Shown: positions 18,979 to 29,776, counted from the stretch's first letter. The stretch: 64,000 nucleotides of DNA from Acidimicrobiales bacterium (GCA_965207755.1 OZ242297.1:199406-263405), one strand, 5' to 3'. The notes: generated by a model from the sequence alone, not told the origin. Translations and numbers: made by a program.

Positions 18979-19019
18979 GGTGTTGTCGCTCCCTGTGGCT
19001 GTATCGGACTTCGGTCGCC

Positions 19020-19038
19020 GATGTATACCTCATACATC
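19020..19038. promoter_or_regulatory. Candidate operator palindrome GATGTAT-N5-ATACATC upstream of the BNR gene
   Basis: GATGTATACCTCATACATC lies 42 nt upstream of the BNR start. It matches the site at 5220-5238 at 15 of 19 positions, including both arms. Confidence 0.5.
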
Positions 19039-19168
19039 ACGGCGCTAGCAAAGGGGGCAACCGCGGGATTGCCCCTCCCGCCCCTCAAACGTCAGGACGA
19101 GCGATCCAGGAGCCCGAGCAGCACTGGGTATTGTCCATACGAGAAGGGCCCCACCAAAGGAGGTTCCA

Positions 19169-19660
19169 GTGAAGAAGGTGACCGAGACCGACCTGCCCGG
19201 AGTGGGGATCCGTTTCGACCTTCAGACCGACGCCGGCCGCTGCGTCGGCGTGGTGGCTCACCAGACCGGTCGGCGCGACCTGGTGGTCTACGACGAGCGG
19301 GACATCGACCGGGCCTGCGAGAGCGTCCAGCTGACCGAGGACGAGGGCCACACCCTGGGCGAGCTGCTGGGCGGTAGCCCCGTGCTCGAGCACCTCGACG
19401 ACGCCGTGCATCGCCTGGAGGACCTCGTGATCTCGTGGGTCACGATCGCCTCCGGGTCGGCTGTCGCCGGGCTGACTCTGGCCGAGGCGACCCTGAGAAC
19501 CCGGACGGGGGCCGGAGTCGTCGCCCTCGTCACAGAGGCGGGCGCCATCCCCATACCGGCCGGCACCGAGCGCCTCGAAGCGGGCGACACCGCGGTGGTG
19601 GTGGGCGTCCCGTCGGCGGTCAAGGCCGCCACCAGGCTGCTCAGGCGCCCCGCCGACTAG
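19169..19660 (+). CDS. Cation:proton antiporter regulatory subunit (KhtT-like, RCK_C/TrkA_C domain)
   Basis: 163 aa with N-terminal ETDLPGVGIRFD and a C-terminal RCK_C pattern. GTG start follows AAAGGAGG. Confidence 0.8.
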   Translation: MKKVTETDLPGVGIRFDLQTDAGRCVGVVAHQTGRRDLVVYDERDIDRACESVQLTEDEGHTLGELLGGSPVLEHLDDAVHRLEDLVISWVTIASGSAVAGLTLAEATLRTRTGAGVVALVTEAGAIPIPAGTERLEAGDTAVVVGVPSAVKAATRLLRRPAD

Positions 19661-19731
19661 ATCGACTGGGTCGGCGCGGTGCGTGCATACCGCCGTCCTG
19701 CCGGCTGGGTCGGCCCAAGGCAAGGGCCAAC

Positions 19732-19974
19732 ATGAACACCGGCGCCGACCTGCCGACTGGATCGGCCCTGTCCGTGCATACCGGCGGCGACTTGCTGGCC
19801 AGACCGACTGGATCGGCCCTGTCCGTGCATACTGGCGGCGACTTGCTGGCCAGACCGACTGGATCGGCCCTGTCCGTGCATACTGGCGGCGACTTGCTGG
19901 CCAGACCGACTGGATCGGCCCTGTCCGTGCATACTGGCGGCGACTTGCTGGCCAGACCGACTGGATCGGCCTAG
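19732..19974 (+). other. 80-codon ORF built from a 51-bp x5 tandem repeat copying the antiporter 5' end
   Basis: Starts MNTGADLP, repeats ..HTGGDLLARPTGSALSV.., and stops 3 nt before the antiporter ATG (MNTGGDLLV). Repeat copies start at 19753, 19804, 19855, 19906 and 19957. Confidence 0.55.
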
Positions 19975-19977
19975 GCA

Positions 19978-21147
19978 ATGAACACCGGCGGCGACTTGCT
20001 GGTCATCGAGCTCGGCGCGCTCGTGCTGGCTCTGGCGGTCGTCGCCCGCCTGGCCCGCCGGATCGGCCTGCCCGCCCTGCCGCTGTACCTGCTGGCCGGG
20101 CTGGCCCTCGGCGAGGGCAGCCTCTTCGAGCTGGACGCATCGGAGGACTTCATCGAGGTGGGCGCCGAGATCGGCGTCATCCTGATGCTGCTGATGCTGG
20201 GCCTGGAGTTCTCGACCCACGAGCTGATCAACAACGTGCGCCGCTCGACGCTGGCCGGCGTGGCCGACCTGGTCCTGAACTTCACCCCCGGGTTCGTGGC
20301 CGGCCTGATCCTCGGCTTCGATCCGGTCGTGGCGGTCCTGCTCGGCGGCGTCACCTACATCTCGTCGTCGGGCATCGTGGCCAAGCTGGTGGCCGACCTC
20401 GACCGGATCGGCAACCACGAGACCTCGGTCGTCCTCAGCGTGCTCGTCATCGAGGACCTGGCCATGGTGCTGTACCTGCCGATCGTGTCGGGCGTGCTCT
20501 TCGGCGGGTCGGCCGTGAGCACCACCGTCACCGTCACCATCTCGCTGGCGGCCGTGCTCGGGGTGCTCGGCGTCGCCTACCTGCTGGGCGACCGGCTCAG
20601 CGCCATCGCCCTGAGCCAGTCCAGCGAGGCGCTGCTGCTGACCCTGCTGGGCGGCACCCTGCTGGTCGCCGGCATCGCCGGGCGTCTCGGCGTCTCGACC
20701 GCGGTCGGGGCCTTCGTGGTGGGCGTGGCACTGTCGGGCGACATCGTCTCGCACGCCCGGGGGCTGCTGCTGCCGCTGCGCAACCTGTTCGCCGCGGTCT
20801 TCTTCGTGTTCTTCGGGCTCAAAGTAGACCTCGGCCTCATACCGGGCGTGGCCGTCGCCGCGCTGGCCATCGCGGCCGTCACCGTCGCCACCAAGATCGC
20901 CTCCGGCTGGATCGCCGCCGCTCGGGCCGGCATCGGCAGGCCCGGCCGGCTGCGGGCCGGTGCCGCCCTCATCGCCCACGGCGAGTTCTCGATCGTCATC
21001 GCCGAGCTCGGCATCGCCCGCGAGAGCGACCTCGGCGCACTGGCGGCCGCCTACGTAATCGTCCTAACCCTGGTAGGAGCGGTCCTCTACCAGTTCGCAG
21101 ACTCGATCACCCTCCCCGCCCGCAAGCGCCGCCCCGCCCGCGCCTAG
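19978..21147 (+). CDS. Cation:proton antiporter, CPA2 family (KhtU/YhaU-like)
   Basis: 389 aa, about 11-12 TM, Na_H_Exchanger pattern. Sits directly downstream of the RCK_C subunit. Confidence 0.9.
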   Translation: MNTGGDLLVIELGALVLALAVVARLARRIGLPALPLYLLAGLALGEGSLFELDASEDFIEVGAEIGVILMLLMLGLEFSTHELINNVRRSTLAGVADLVLNFTPGFVAGLILGFDPVVAVLLGGVTYISSSGIVAKLVADLDRIGNHETSVVLSVLVIEDLAMVLYLPIVSGVLFGGSAVSTTVTVTISLAAVLGVLGVAYLLGDRLSAIALSQSSEALLLTLLGGTLLVAGIAGRLGVSTAVGAFVVGVALSGDIVSHARGLLLPLRNLFAAVFFVFFGLKVDLGLIPGVAVAALAIAAVTVATKIASGWIAAARAGIGRPGRLRAGAALIAHGEFSIVIAELGIARESDLGALAAAYVIVLTLVGAVLYQFADSITLPARKRRPARA

Positions 21148-21151
21148 TGGT

Positions 21152-21520
21152 GTGTCCGACGTGCTGGCGTTCTTCAAGCACATCGACTCCCGCACCCCCG
21201 CCGGCCTCGACGTCCACGTCATCTTGGACAACGTCTCCGCCCACAAGTCCGAACCGGTGCGCAAATGGCTGTCGAACCCCCGCCGCCAGCGCTGGCACCT
21301 GCACTTCACCCCCACCAGCTCCAGCTGGGCCAACCTCGTCGAGTGCTGGTTCTCGGTCCTGACCCGCAAAGCCCTCAAGAACCGAGCGTTCAGCTCCGTC
21401 GCCGAACTCCAAGATGCCATCGACACATGGGCCCAGCACTGGAACCACGACCCCCAGCCCCTCAAATGGACCAAACAAGCCCAACCCGTCATCGACAAAG
21501 GCAAACGAGCCCGAACCGCC
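21152..21520 (+). mobile_element. IS630-family transposase C-terminal fragment (remnant)
   Basis: ..VHVILDNVSAHKS..HLHFTPTSSSWANLVECWFSVLTRK..LQDAIDTW.. is the DDE C-terminal third of IS630/Tc1-like transposases. The N-terminal HTH and first catalytic Asp residues are absent, and no inverted repeats were seen. Confidence 0.75.
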
Positions 21521-21656
21521 CTACACCACGCAACCAACCCGCGACAGACCAATAGGCCCGTCCGTGCCCCATCCGCTGGCCGCCCGGGCATCGACTCTGA
21601 CGGCCTGTGCTTCGTGTTCGAGAACCGTCCCGGCCTGCGGGGCGTCCCTGGTTGGC

Positions 21657-22586
21657 TCAGTCCCGGGCCAGGCGGGTGATCAGCAGGACCACGGCGAAGC
21701 CGACCACGGCGGCTGCTGTGGGAGCGGCCCACTCGCCGGCGCCGGGCCAGTCCAGGCCGGTGCCCGAGATGATCTCGTTCTCGTGGCGGCTGATCACGCC
21801 CACGCCGTTGGGCCACGGCCACAGCACCCGCAGCGACCCGAGCATCAGTCCCACCAGCACGGCCATGACCGGGTTGCGGGCCTGGTCCAGCAGCCTCCCC
21901 AGCACCGTCGAGAACAACCCCAGCCCCACCGCCGCCCCAGCCAGGAACACGGCCGCGTCGAGGTAGCGCAGGTCGGTGACGACGTTGATCACCGCCCCGT
22001 ACATGCCCAGCATCAGCAGCAGGAACGCCCCGGAAATGCCGGGGAGGATCATGGCGCAGATCGCTATGGCCCCGGCCCCGGCCAGCACCGGCAGCGACGG
22101 GTCGGCCACCGGGCCCGACTGCAGTCCCAGCAGGGCGAAAGTCGCTGCCGCCGACGCTGCCGTCAACGAGATCCGGTCCCCGCCCCGCCACTCGAACAGC
22201 CGGCACGCCGACACCGCCGATGCGAGCACCAGCCCGCAGAACAGGCCGGCCATCGTCTCGGGGCGCTCCTCCAGCTGGGTCTCGATCACCGACGCCAGCA
22301 GCAGGATCGTCCCCAGGATCCCGACCAGCAGCGGCACGATCAGCCACCAGTCCACCCCGGCCAGGCGCCGCCCGGCCTCCCGCCAGTCGCCCCGCAGCAA
22401 CCGGGCCGCGGCCCCGGCAGCCCCCCGGATCGCCCCCAGCAGCCGCTCGTAGATGCCGAGCACCACCGCGATCGTGCCGCCCGACACGCCCGGCACCACA
22501 TCGGCCGCGCCCATGGCCAACCCCCGGGCCAGCCCGAGCGCCAGCCGCCTCCCGGCGCCCCAGCCCGCCTCGCGCCCCCCGGTCAC
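21657..22586 (-). CDS. DUF368 family membrane protein (family recently linked to undecaprenyl-phosphate recycling)
   Basis: GVSGGTIAVVLGIYERL signature, about 8 TM, 309 aa. The GTG start directly follows an in-frame TGA. Confidence 0.85.
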   Translation of the reverse strand: MTGGREAGWGAGRRLALGLARGLAMGAADVVPGVSGGTIAVVLGIYERLLGAIRGAAGAAARLLRGDWREAGRRLAGVDWWLIVPLLVGILGTILLLASVIETQLEERPETMAGLFCGLVLASAVSACRLFEWRGGDRISLTAASAAATFALLGLQSGPVADPSLPVLAGAGAIAICAMILPGISGAFLLLMLGMYGAVINVVTDLRYLDAAVFLAGAAVGLGLFSTVLGRLLDQARNPVMAVLVGLMLGSLRVLWPWPNGVGVISRHENEIISGTGLDWPGAGEWAAPTAAAVVGFAVVLLITRLARD

Positions 22587-22626
22587 TCATACCCCCCGGT
22601 CACTCACGCCCACTGCCGCCCCCAAG

Positions 22627-22815
22627 ATCTCGGGTTGGTATTGGGTGGTAGGTCCACAGAATCGCCCCGAGATTCTCGCTCCGGCCCGTCCCGGAAATCT
22701 CGGGTTGGTTTTGGGTGGTAGGTCCACAGAATCGCCCCGAGATTCTCGCTCCGGCCCGTCCCGGAAATCTCGGGTTGGTTTTGGGTGGTAGGTCCACAGA
22801 ATCGCCCCGAGATTT
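22627..22815. repeat. Hairpin repeat family 1, 3 tandem copies, period 70
   Basis: TCTCGGGTTGGT(A/T)TTGGGTGGTAGGTCCACAGAATCGCCCCGAGA starting at 22629, 22699 and 22769. Confidence 0.9.
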
Positions 22816-22853
22816 CCGTCCCGGCCTGCCCCGGCCTGCCCCGACCGTACCGG

Positions 22854-23674
22854 TCAGGTCTGGGAGGCGAGGCGGCGGTTCTTGACCTTGGCCTTCAGGT
22901 AGTCGCGGTTCAGCACCGCGATGAAATCGAGGCTGATCTCCTTGGGGCAGGCCTCGGTGCACTCGCCGTGGTTGGTACACGACCCGAAGAACGACTCCAT
23001 CGTCTCCACCATGGCCTCGGCCCGCCGCCAGCGCTCGGGCTGGCCCTGCGGCAGCACGTTCAGGTGGCCGAGCTTGGCCGCGGTGAACAGCTGGGCCGCC
23101 GAGTTGGGGCAGGCGGCCACGCACGCCCCGCAGCCGATGCAGGCCGCCGCGTCCATGGCGAAGTCGGCCACGTCCTTGGGGACCGGGATCTCGTTGGCGT
23201 CGGGGGCGGTGCCGGTGGCCGCCGAGATGAAGCCGCCCGACTCGATGATCCGGTCGAACGCCCGCCGGTCCACCATCAGGTCCTTCACCACCGGGAACGA
23301 CGCCGCCCGGAACGGCTCGATCACGATCTCGTCGCCGTCGCGGAACTTGCGCATGTGCAGCTGGCAGGTGGCGGTGGCCTTCTCGGGGCCGTGGGGCCGC
23401 CCGTTGATCATCACCCCGCAGGTACCGCAGATGCCCTCCCGGCAGTCGTGGGCGAAGGTGACGGGCTCGATGTCGTCGTCGATGAGGCGTTCGTTGACGA
23501 TGTCGAGCATCTCCAGGAACGAGCAGTCGACGGGAATATCCGGGGCGTCGACGTCGAGGAACGCCCCCGGCTCGTCGGGCCCGGCCTGACGCCAGATCCG
23601 CAGCTTGAGCCGCAGGGTCGCCCGGTGCGCGCCGCCCGAGCCGTTGCCGGAACTCCCGCTCCCGTTCCCGGTGC

Positions 23675-23678
<4 letters not shown>
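22854..23678 (-). CDS. sdhB: Succinate dehydrogenase/fumarate reductase iron-sulfur subunit
   Basis: Three Fe-S cluster Cys motifs ([31 protein letters not shown]). GTG overlaps the sdhA stop (GTGA). Confidence 0.9.
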
Positions 23679-25593
<1,915 letters not shown>

Positions 25594-25597
<4 letters not shown>

Positions 25598-25742
25598 GCG
25601 GCTGTCCTCCTCGCCGCCCCGGTCGTGGGACCGCTTGGCGCCGCCCCCGCGCTCATGCGGCTGTCCTGCTCGCTGTGTCGGCCGCTGTCCCGGTCGTGGG
25701 ACCGCTTGGCGCCGCCCCCGCGCTCATGCCGCGACCCGTCAT
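25594..25742 (-). other. Two stop/start-overlapped mini-ORFs (29 and 20 codons) bridging sdhC and sdhA
   Basis: sdhC TGA/ATG (ATGA) at 25739-25742, ATGA at 25653-25656, ATGA at 25594-25597 (sdhA start). Built from repeats of CGGTCGTGGGACCGCTTGGCGCCGCCCCCGCGCTCATGC. Confidence 0.6.
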
Positions 25743-26515
25743 GCGACCACTCCCGCCTGGACCATGATCGGGAAGCTCAGGTTGCCGACCAGGATCGCCC
25801 CCGCGATCACCGTGGCCAGCCCCCGCCGCAGGTGGTTGAACCGGGGGTTGTTGACGCCCAGCGTCTGGAACGCCGACCACATGCCGTGGTAGACGTGCAC
25901 CGACAGCGCCACGTTGGCGACGATGTAGATGATCGCCACCGGGATCGACGACAGCGACTCCACGACGTTGTGGTACACGTCGCCCCGGATGTAGTCGCCG
26001 CCCAGCCACCAGCCCCAGGTGAGGTCGGCCAGGTGGAACAGCACGTAGAGGCCGACGATGGGGCCGGTCCAGCGCATGGTGCGGCTGGCGAAGTTGACGG
26101 CCACGAAGTCCTGGCCGCTGGCGTAGCGCTTGTTGCCGCTCACCCAGTTGGCCTTCGGGCTGCTGCGCCGGCTGATCTCCTTGAGCGACCAGGCGCTGTG
26201 GATGTGCAGCACGAACATGGCCAGCAGCCCGATCCGCATCACCCACAGGACCAAGGTGCGGGGCACCAGATGGCCGCCCAGGTCCCGCAGGGCCTCGGCG
26301 TACTCGTTGAGCTGGGTCGGGCCCTCGTAAAGGTGCAGGTTGCCGATCATGTGAACGATCACGAAGGCCAGCAGCCCGATCCCGGTGGCCGCCATCACGT
26401 ACTTCTTGCCGACTGCGGTCTGGTAGATGTTCAGCGGCCAGGCAAGCTCCCGCCGGCGCCGTCTCAGCGGCGGCACCCGCTCGGCGGTCTCCGGGGGAGC
26501 GACCGTCTGCGCCAT
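25739..26515 (-). CDS. sdhC: Succinate dehydrogenase cytochrome b subunit (5-TM, single-subunit anchor type)
   Basis: 258 aa with multi-TM His-bearing helices (FVIVHMIGNLH, MFVLHIHSAW). Positioned upstream of sdhA-sdhB. Confidence 0.8.
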   Translation of the reverse strand: MAQTVAPPETAERVPPLRRRRRELAWPLNIYQTAVGKKYVMAATGIGLLAFVIVHMIGNLHLYEGPTQLNEYAEALRDLGGHLVPRTLVLWVMRIGLLAMFVLHIHSAWSLKEISRRSSPKANWVSGNKRYASGQDFVAVNFASRTMRWTGPIVGLYVLFHLADLTWGWWLGGDYIRGDVYHNVVESLSSIPVAIIYIVANVALSVHVYHGMWSAFQTLGVNNPRFNHLRRGLATVIAGAILVGNLSFPIMVQAGVVA

Positions 26516-26563
26516 CCCCCCAACCTATCGCTCCCACCACCACCACCGAGGCCCCCTGCTGGT

Positions 26564-26680
26564 TCTCGGCCGAGTATTGGGTCGCAGAGGCCCATAACCC
26601 GCCCCGAGATCCTGCGCTCGGCCCCCCTGCTGGTTCTCGGCCGAGTATTGGGTCGCAGAGGCCCATAACCCGCCCCGAGA
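26564..26680 (+). repeat. Hairpin repeat family 1 variant, 2 tandem copies, period 71
   Basis: TCTCGGCCGAGTATTGGGTCGCAGAGGCCCATAACCCGCCCCGAGA at 26564-26609 and 26635-26680. Confidence 0.85.
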
Positions 26681-26693
26681 TCCTGCAGTCCCT

Positions 26694-27641
26694 CTAGCTC
26701 GCGATGCGGTGGGTTGGCTCGCAGAACTTCGCCACCGTGGCGCACAGTTGGTTCGGGTGATCCACATAGTCGCTCCATGTGAACGTGAGCACCGTCCAAC
26801 CGTTCGCAGCCAGCGAGTTCCGGCGCCGCGGGTCGCGCTCGAATGCCTCGCTGTTCAAGTGCCAGCGCTTGCTGTCGAGTTCGATGGCCAGCCGTCGAGT
26901 CGGGTAGGCAAGGTCCACCTGGGCAAGGAACTGGCCGGTGGGGTCGCGGATCTGGTGCTCCAGCACTGGACGGTCCAGCCCGGACTCCACCAGCAGGTCA
27001 GCCACCATGCGGCTCCAGGCGCTGAGCGGCACCCGAATGTCGCCGCAACGCTCATCCAGCGCCTCGCGGAAGGCGACGCATCCGGTTCGCCCCTGACGGG
27101 AGTGCGACACCAGCACGGCGTACAGGTCTGAAGGCCGGAGTAGTCCGTCCCGGAGGACGGCATCGAGGGTCCGGGTCAGCTGCTTGCGGTTGACCACGGT
27201 CGCAAGGTCCAGGACTGTGCGACCGATCCCAGTGCAGAGAATGCCTTGCCGGTCCATCGGCTTGGCCAGATGCATCTGAGTCGTGCGGTGCAACCGCGCG
27301 CCCTTGAGGACCGGCTTCCGTTGCCATGGCACGGTCAGCTCGACTCGATCGAGCTTGTAGCCGTCCAGGTCATGGAGTGCGGCCGCAGAGCGATGGCTGG
27401 CAAGCCCATTGCACGCCAGGCAGCCGGCGAGCAGACGCGAGTGCGGGGTCTCCCGAAAGACGACATGGCGGTAGACGCCACGATTGGCACGCAGCCAGAT
27501 GCCTGCCGCCAAGCGTCGCTTGATCTGCGTATCGGTCATGCCCTTTGCGAGCGCCTGCTGCCGGCTGATCAGCCCGTGCTGCTGCCTCATCTGCTCAAGG
27601 ACCGGCGTCTCCTCCCGCACAGGCGCAACATAACATGACAT
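26694..27641 (-). CDS. DUF559 (Vsr-like endonuclease fold) protein with an AbiEi_4-like N-terminal HTH
   Basis: HGLISRQQALAKGMTDTQIKRRLAAGIWLRANRGVYRH at the N-terminus; C-terminal ELDSKRWH..RRRNSLAANGWTVLTFTW is DUF559-like. The likelier start is ATG at 27590. Confidence 0.7.
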   Translation of the reverse strand: MSCYVAPVREETPVLEQMRQQHGLISRQQALAKGMTDTQIKRRLAAGIWLRANRGVYRHVVFRETPHSRLLAGCLACNGLASHRSAAALHDLDGYKLDRVELTVPWQRKPVLKGARLHRTTQMHLAKPMDRQGILCTGIGRTVLDLATVVNRKQLTRTLDAVLRDGLLRPSDLYAVLVSHSRQGRTGCVAFREALDERCGDIRVPLSAWSRMVADLLVESGLDRPVLEHQIRDPTGQFLAQVDLAYPTRRLAIELDSKRWHLNSEAFERDPRRRNSLAANGWTVLTFTWSDYVDHPNQLCATVAKFCEPTHRIAS

Positions 27642-27674
27642 ATAGCAAAACGGCGCTTTCAGCGAGATCCGCAG

Positions 27675-27720
27675 ATCTTGGGGCGGTTTCTGAGTCCGTG
27701 CGGCCCATTACTCGGCCGAG
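27675..27720 (-). repeat. Hairpin repeat family 1 variant, single copy, inverted relative to 26564-26680
   Basis: The reverse complement (CTGGTTCTCGGCCGAGTAATGGGCCGCACGG..CCGCCCCAAGA) matches the 26.5-kb copies, including the flanking CTGCTGGT. Confidence 0.8.
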
Positions 27721-27771
27721 AACCAGCAACGGGCGGCGTCCGGCGGGGCGTTACCGGCGCGCGGCAGCGGC

Positions 27772-28749
27772 TCAGGAAGTACCGAACGTGACGCCCAGAT
27801 CCTTGAGCCAGCGGCGGTAGGCGACCGCCGTCCTGTCTCCTCGCACGTGCCACTCGGCCGCCAGGTCCAGCGGCAGCAGCTCGGGCCGCTGTGACTCCAC
27901 GATGGGGATGTCCTGCATGACGATCTCGTCGATGTAGGCCCCGAAGTCCTCGTCGGACAGGTCGCGGTTGTAGTTCATCGAGTTCCACATCCAGCCGACG
28001 CTGTTCCGCTCGTCGACCGGGGTGACCGCGAAGTACATGGTGTAGCGCTCGGGGCCTCCGCCGGGGATCGACAGCTCGATGTAGGCGGTGAGGGGCCGCA
28101 GCACCCGGTACAGCCACTGGGCCATCTTGGCTTCGCCCGAACCGTCGGGGTTGGGGGTCCAGGTGTGGATGTCGCGGGCGGTGATGCCGTCGGGGGTGGT
28201 CTCGACGTTGTAGTCGCCGACTTCGGCGTGGTCGCGGTCGCCGAGGATGCCCTCGTGGACGAACGGGAAGTGGGTGGCGTCCAGGAAGTTCTCGATGACT
28301 CGGGGCGCGCCGGCCCGTATGGGGTACGGGCCGCCGAGGACGTGACGGAAGGCGGGGTCGTCCCACTCGTCGTAGGGGGGCGGTGGCCGGTCGGGGCGGC
28401 CGAGCGAGACCCAGATCAGGCCGTGGGCCTCGGTGGCCGTGTAGGTGGTGGCGCAGGCCCGGGCCGGGGGCTTCTGCTGCGGGCGGGACGGGATGTGGAC
28501 GCAGGTGCCGGACTGGTCGTAGGTCCAGCCGTGGTATGCGCACTCCAGGCCGAGCCCGGTGACCTGGCCGAGCGAGAGGCGGGTGCCCCGATGCACGCAC
28601 AGGTCCTTCCACGCCATGACCTCGGTGCCCTGGCGCCACACGACCAGGTCCTCGCCCAGCAGTCGGGCGCCGGCCACGCCCGACTGCGGCACGTCGTCGC
28701 TGCGGGCCACCACGTGCCAGTCGTCCACCAGCACCGGGTCGTCGATCAT
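27772..28749 (-). CDS. Rieske [2Fe-2S] non-heme iron oxygenase, VanA/NdmA-type alpha subunit
   Basis: Rieske ligands CVHRG..x17..CAYHGW. Catalytic motif NFLDATHFPFVHEG. 325 aa. Confidence 0.85.
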   Translation of the reverse strand: MIDDPVLVDDWHVVARSDDVPQSGVAGARLLGEDLVVWRQGTEVMAWKDLCVHRGTRLSLGQVTGLGLECAYHGWTYDQSGTCVHIPSRPQQKPPARACATTYTATEAHGLIWVSLGRPDRPPPPYDEWDDPAFRHVLGGPYPIRAGAPRVIENFLDATHFPFVHEGILGDRDHAEVGDYNVETTPDGITARDIHTWTPNPDGSGEAKMAQWLYRVLRPLTAYIELSIPGGGPERYTMYFAVTPVDERNSVGWMWNSMNYNRDLSDEDFGAYIDEIVMQDIPIVESQRPELLPLDLAAEWHVRGDRTAVAYRRWLKDLGVTFGTS

Positions 28750-28768
28750 GGCCGGCCCGCTCGTTGGC

Positions 28769-29683
28769 TCACACGGCGGCGGGGATCACGCCGTAGGTGA
28801 CGCCGAGGTCGGAGAGCCACCGGCGGTAGGCGATGGCCGACCGGTCGGCCCTGATGGGGGTCTCGGCCCGGGGGTCGAGGGGCAGGCGCTTGGGGTGCTG
28901 GTTCTCGAGGATGGGCTTGTCCTGGGCGAAGATCAGCAGCTGGTAGCCCTTGATGTCGGTGTTGGTGCTGGCGTCGTCGATGACGCCCATGTAGTTGTGG
29001 GCCCGCACCACCTCCGCGCTCATGGGCTGCACCCAGATGGCGCAGATGTCCTCGAGGGAGGGGTCGGGGAGGCTGTCGTAGTAGAGCATCACGCAGTAGG
29101 GGTGCGGGACCCGGTACCGGTAGCGCATGACGACCGGCTCGTCGAAGTTGGCGCCCACCTTCGGCACCATCATGTCGCACTTGGTGGCGTGGACCTCGCC
29201 GTCGCGGACCTCGACGTCGTACTCGACCACCTCGGTGTGGGGCTGCACGCCCAGCGAGCCCTCGTGCACGTAGGGGAAGTGGGCCAGGTCCAGGAAGTTC
29301 TCGACCGCCCGGGGCGCCGAGGTGGCCACCCCGACGCTGCCGGCGTTCATGTTGCGCCGGCGGGGGTGGTGGTACTCCGGCAGCGGGAACAGGTCGTCGG
29401 GCGGGTCGCCGAGGCTGGTCCAGAGGTAGCCGTACTCGGGTTTGACCGGCAGGGCGTCGGCCCCGTTCAGCGGCGCGGACCCGTCGATCTCGGCGCCGGC
29501 AGGCAGGCGGATCGACGACCGCCAGACGCGGTGCTCGCCGGCGGGGGTGGCGGTGAAGCTGATCCGCTCGTCGAGCAGCAGCGTCTCGCTCACCACGCCC
29601 GCCGGGACTTCGTCGAGGGCGCTGATCACGTGCCACTGGTTCCAGATCACCGGATCGGTGCAGGCCGGCTGTGTGATCTCCAC
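28769..29683 (-). CDS. Oxygenase catalytic-domain paralog lacking Rieske cluster ligands (NdmC-like)
   Basis: Clear paralog of 27772-28749 (NFLDLAHFPYVHEG; C-terminal AIAYRRWLSDLGVTYG), but the N-terminal ~100 aa has no CxH/CxxH. GTG at 29683 follows GGCAGGAA. Confidence 0.75.
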   Translation of the reverse strand: MEITQPACTDPVIWNQWHVISALDEVPAGVVSETLLLDERISFTATPAGEHRVWRSSIRLPAGAEIDGSAPLNGADALPVKPEYGYLWTSLGDPPDDLFPLPEYHHPRRRNMNAGSVGVATSAPRAVENFLDLAHFPYVHEGSLGVQPHTEVVEYDVEVRDGEVHATKCDMMVPKVGANFDEPVVMRYRYRVPHPYCVMLYYDSLPDPSLEDICAIWVQPMSAEVVRAHNYMGVIDDASTNTDIKGYQLLIFAQDKPILENQHPKRLPLDPRAETPIRADRSAIAYRRWLSDLGVTYGVIPAAV

Positions 29684-29699
29684 TGTGTCGTTCCTGCCT

Positions 29700-29718
29700 T
29701 GATAAATGCCGCTTATCA
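29700..29718. promoter_or_regulatory. Candidate operator TGATAA-N7-TTATCA
   Basis: TGATAAATGCCGCTTATCA lies 17 nt upstream of the 29683 start. Identical half-sites and spacing occur at 34686-34704. Confidence 0.55.
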
Positions 29719-29776
29719 GTCTGGCATCCGATGGGGGCGGGCGCAATCGCCCGTCCCACGGCGATGGTGCAGACCA

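Noticed and set aside
19085-19978. 297-aa minus-strand ORF with the repeated IQSVWPASRRQYARTGP motif.
   Set aside because: It is the antisense translation of the 51-bp tandem repeat and of the KhtT-like gene. Its composition is Arg/Gly-rich and it has no independent start context.
22587-22607. The 17-bp duplication of the DUF368 start (GAGTGACCGGGGGG x2, giving a 6-codon ORF that ends directly before the GTG start) as an independent finding.
   Set aside because: It is too short to separate from chance in G-rich sequence. It is mentioned only as a possible minor member of the junction-repeat set.
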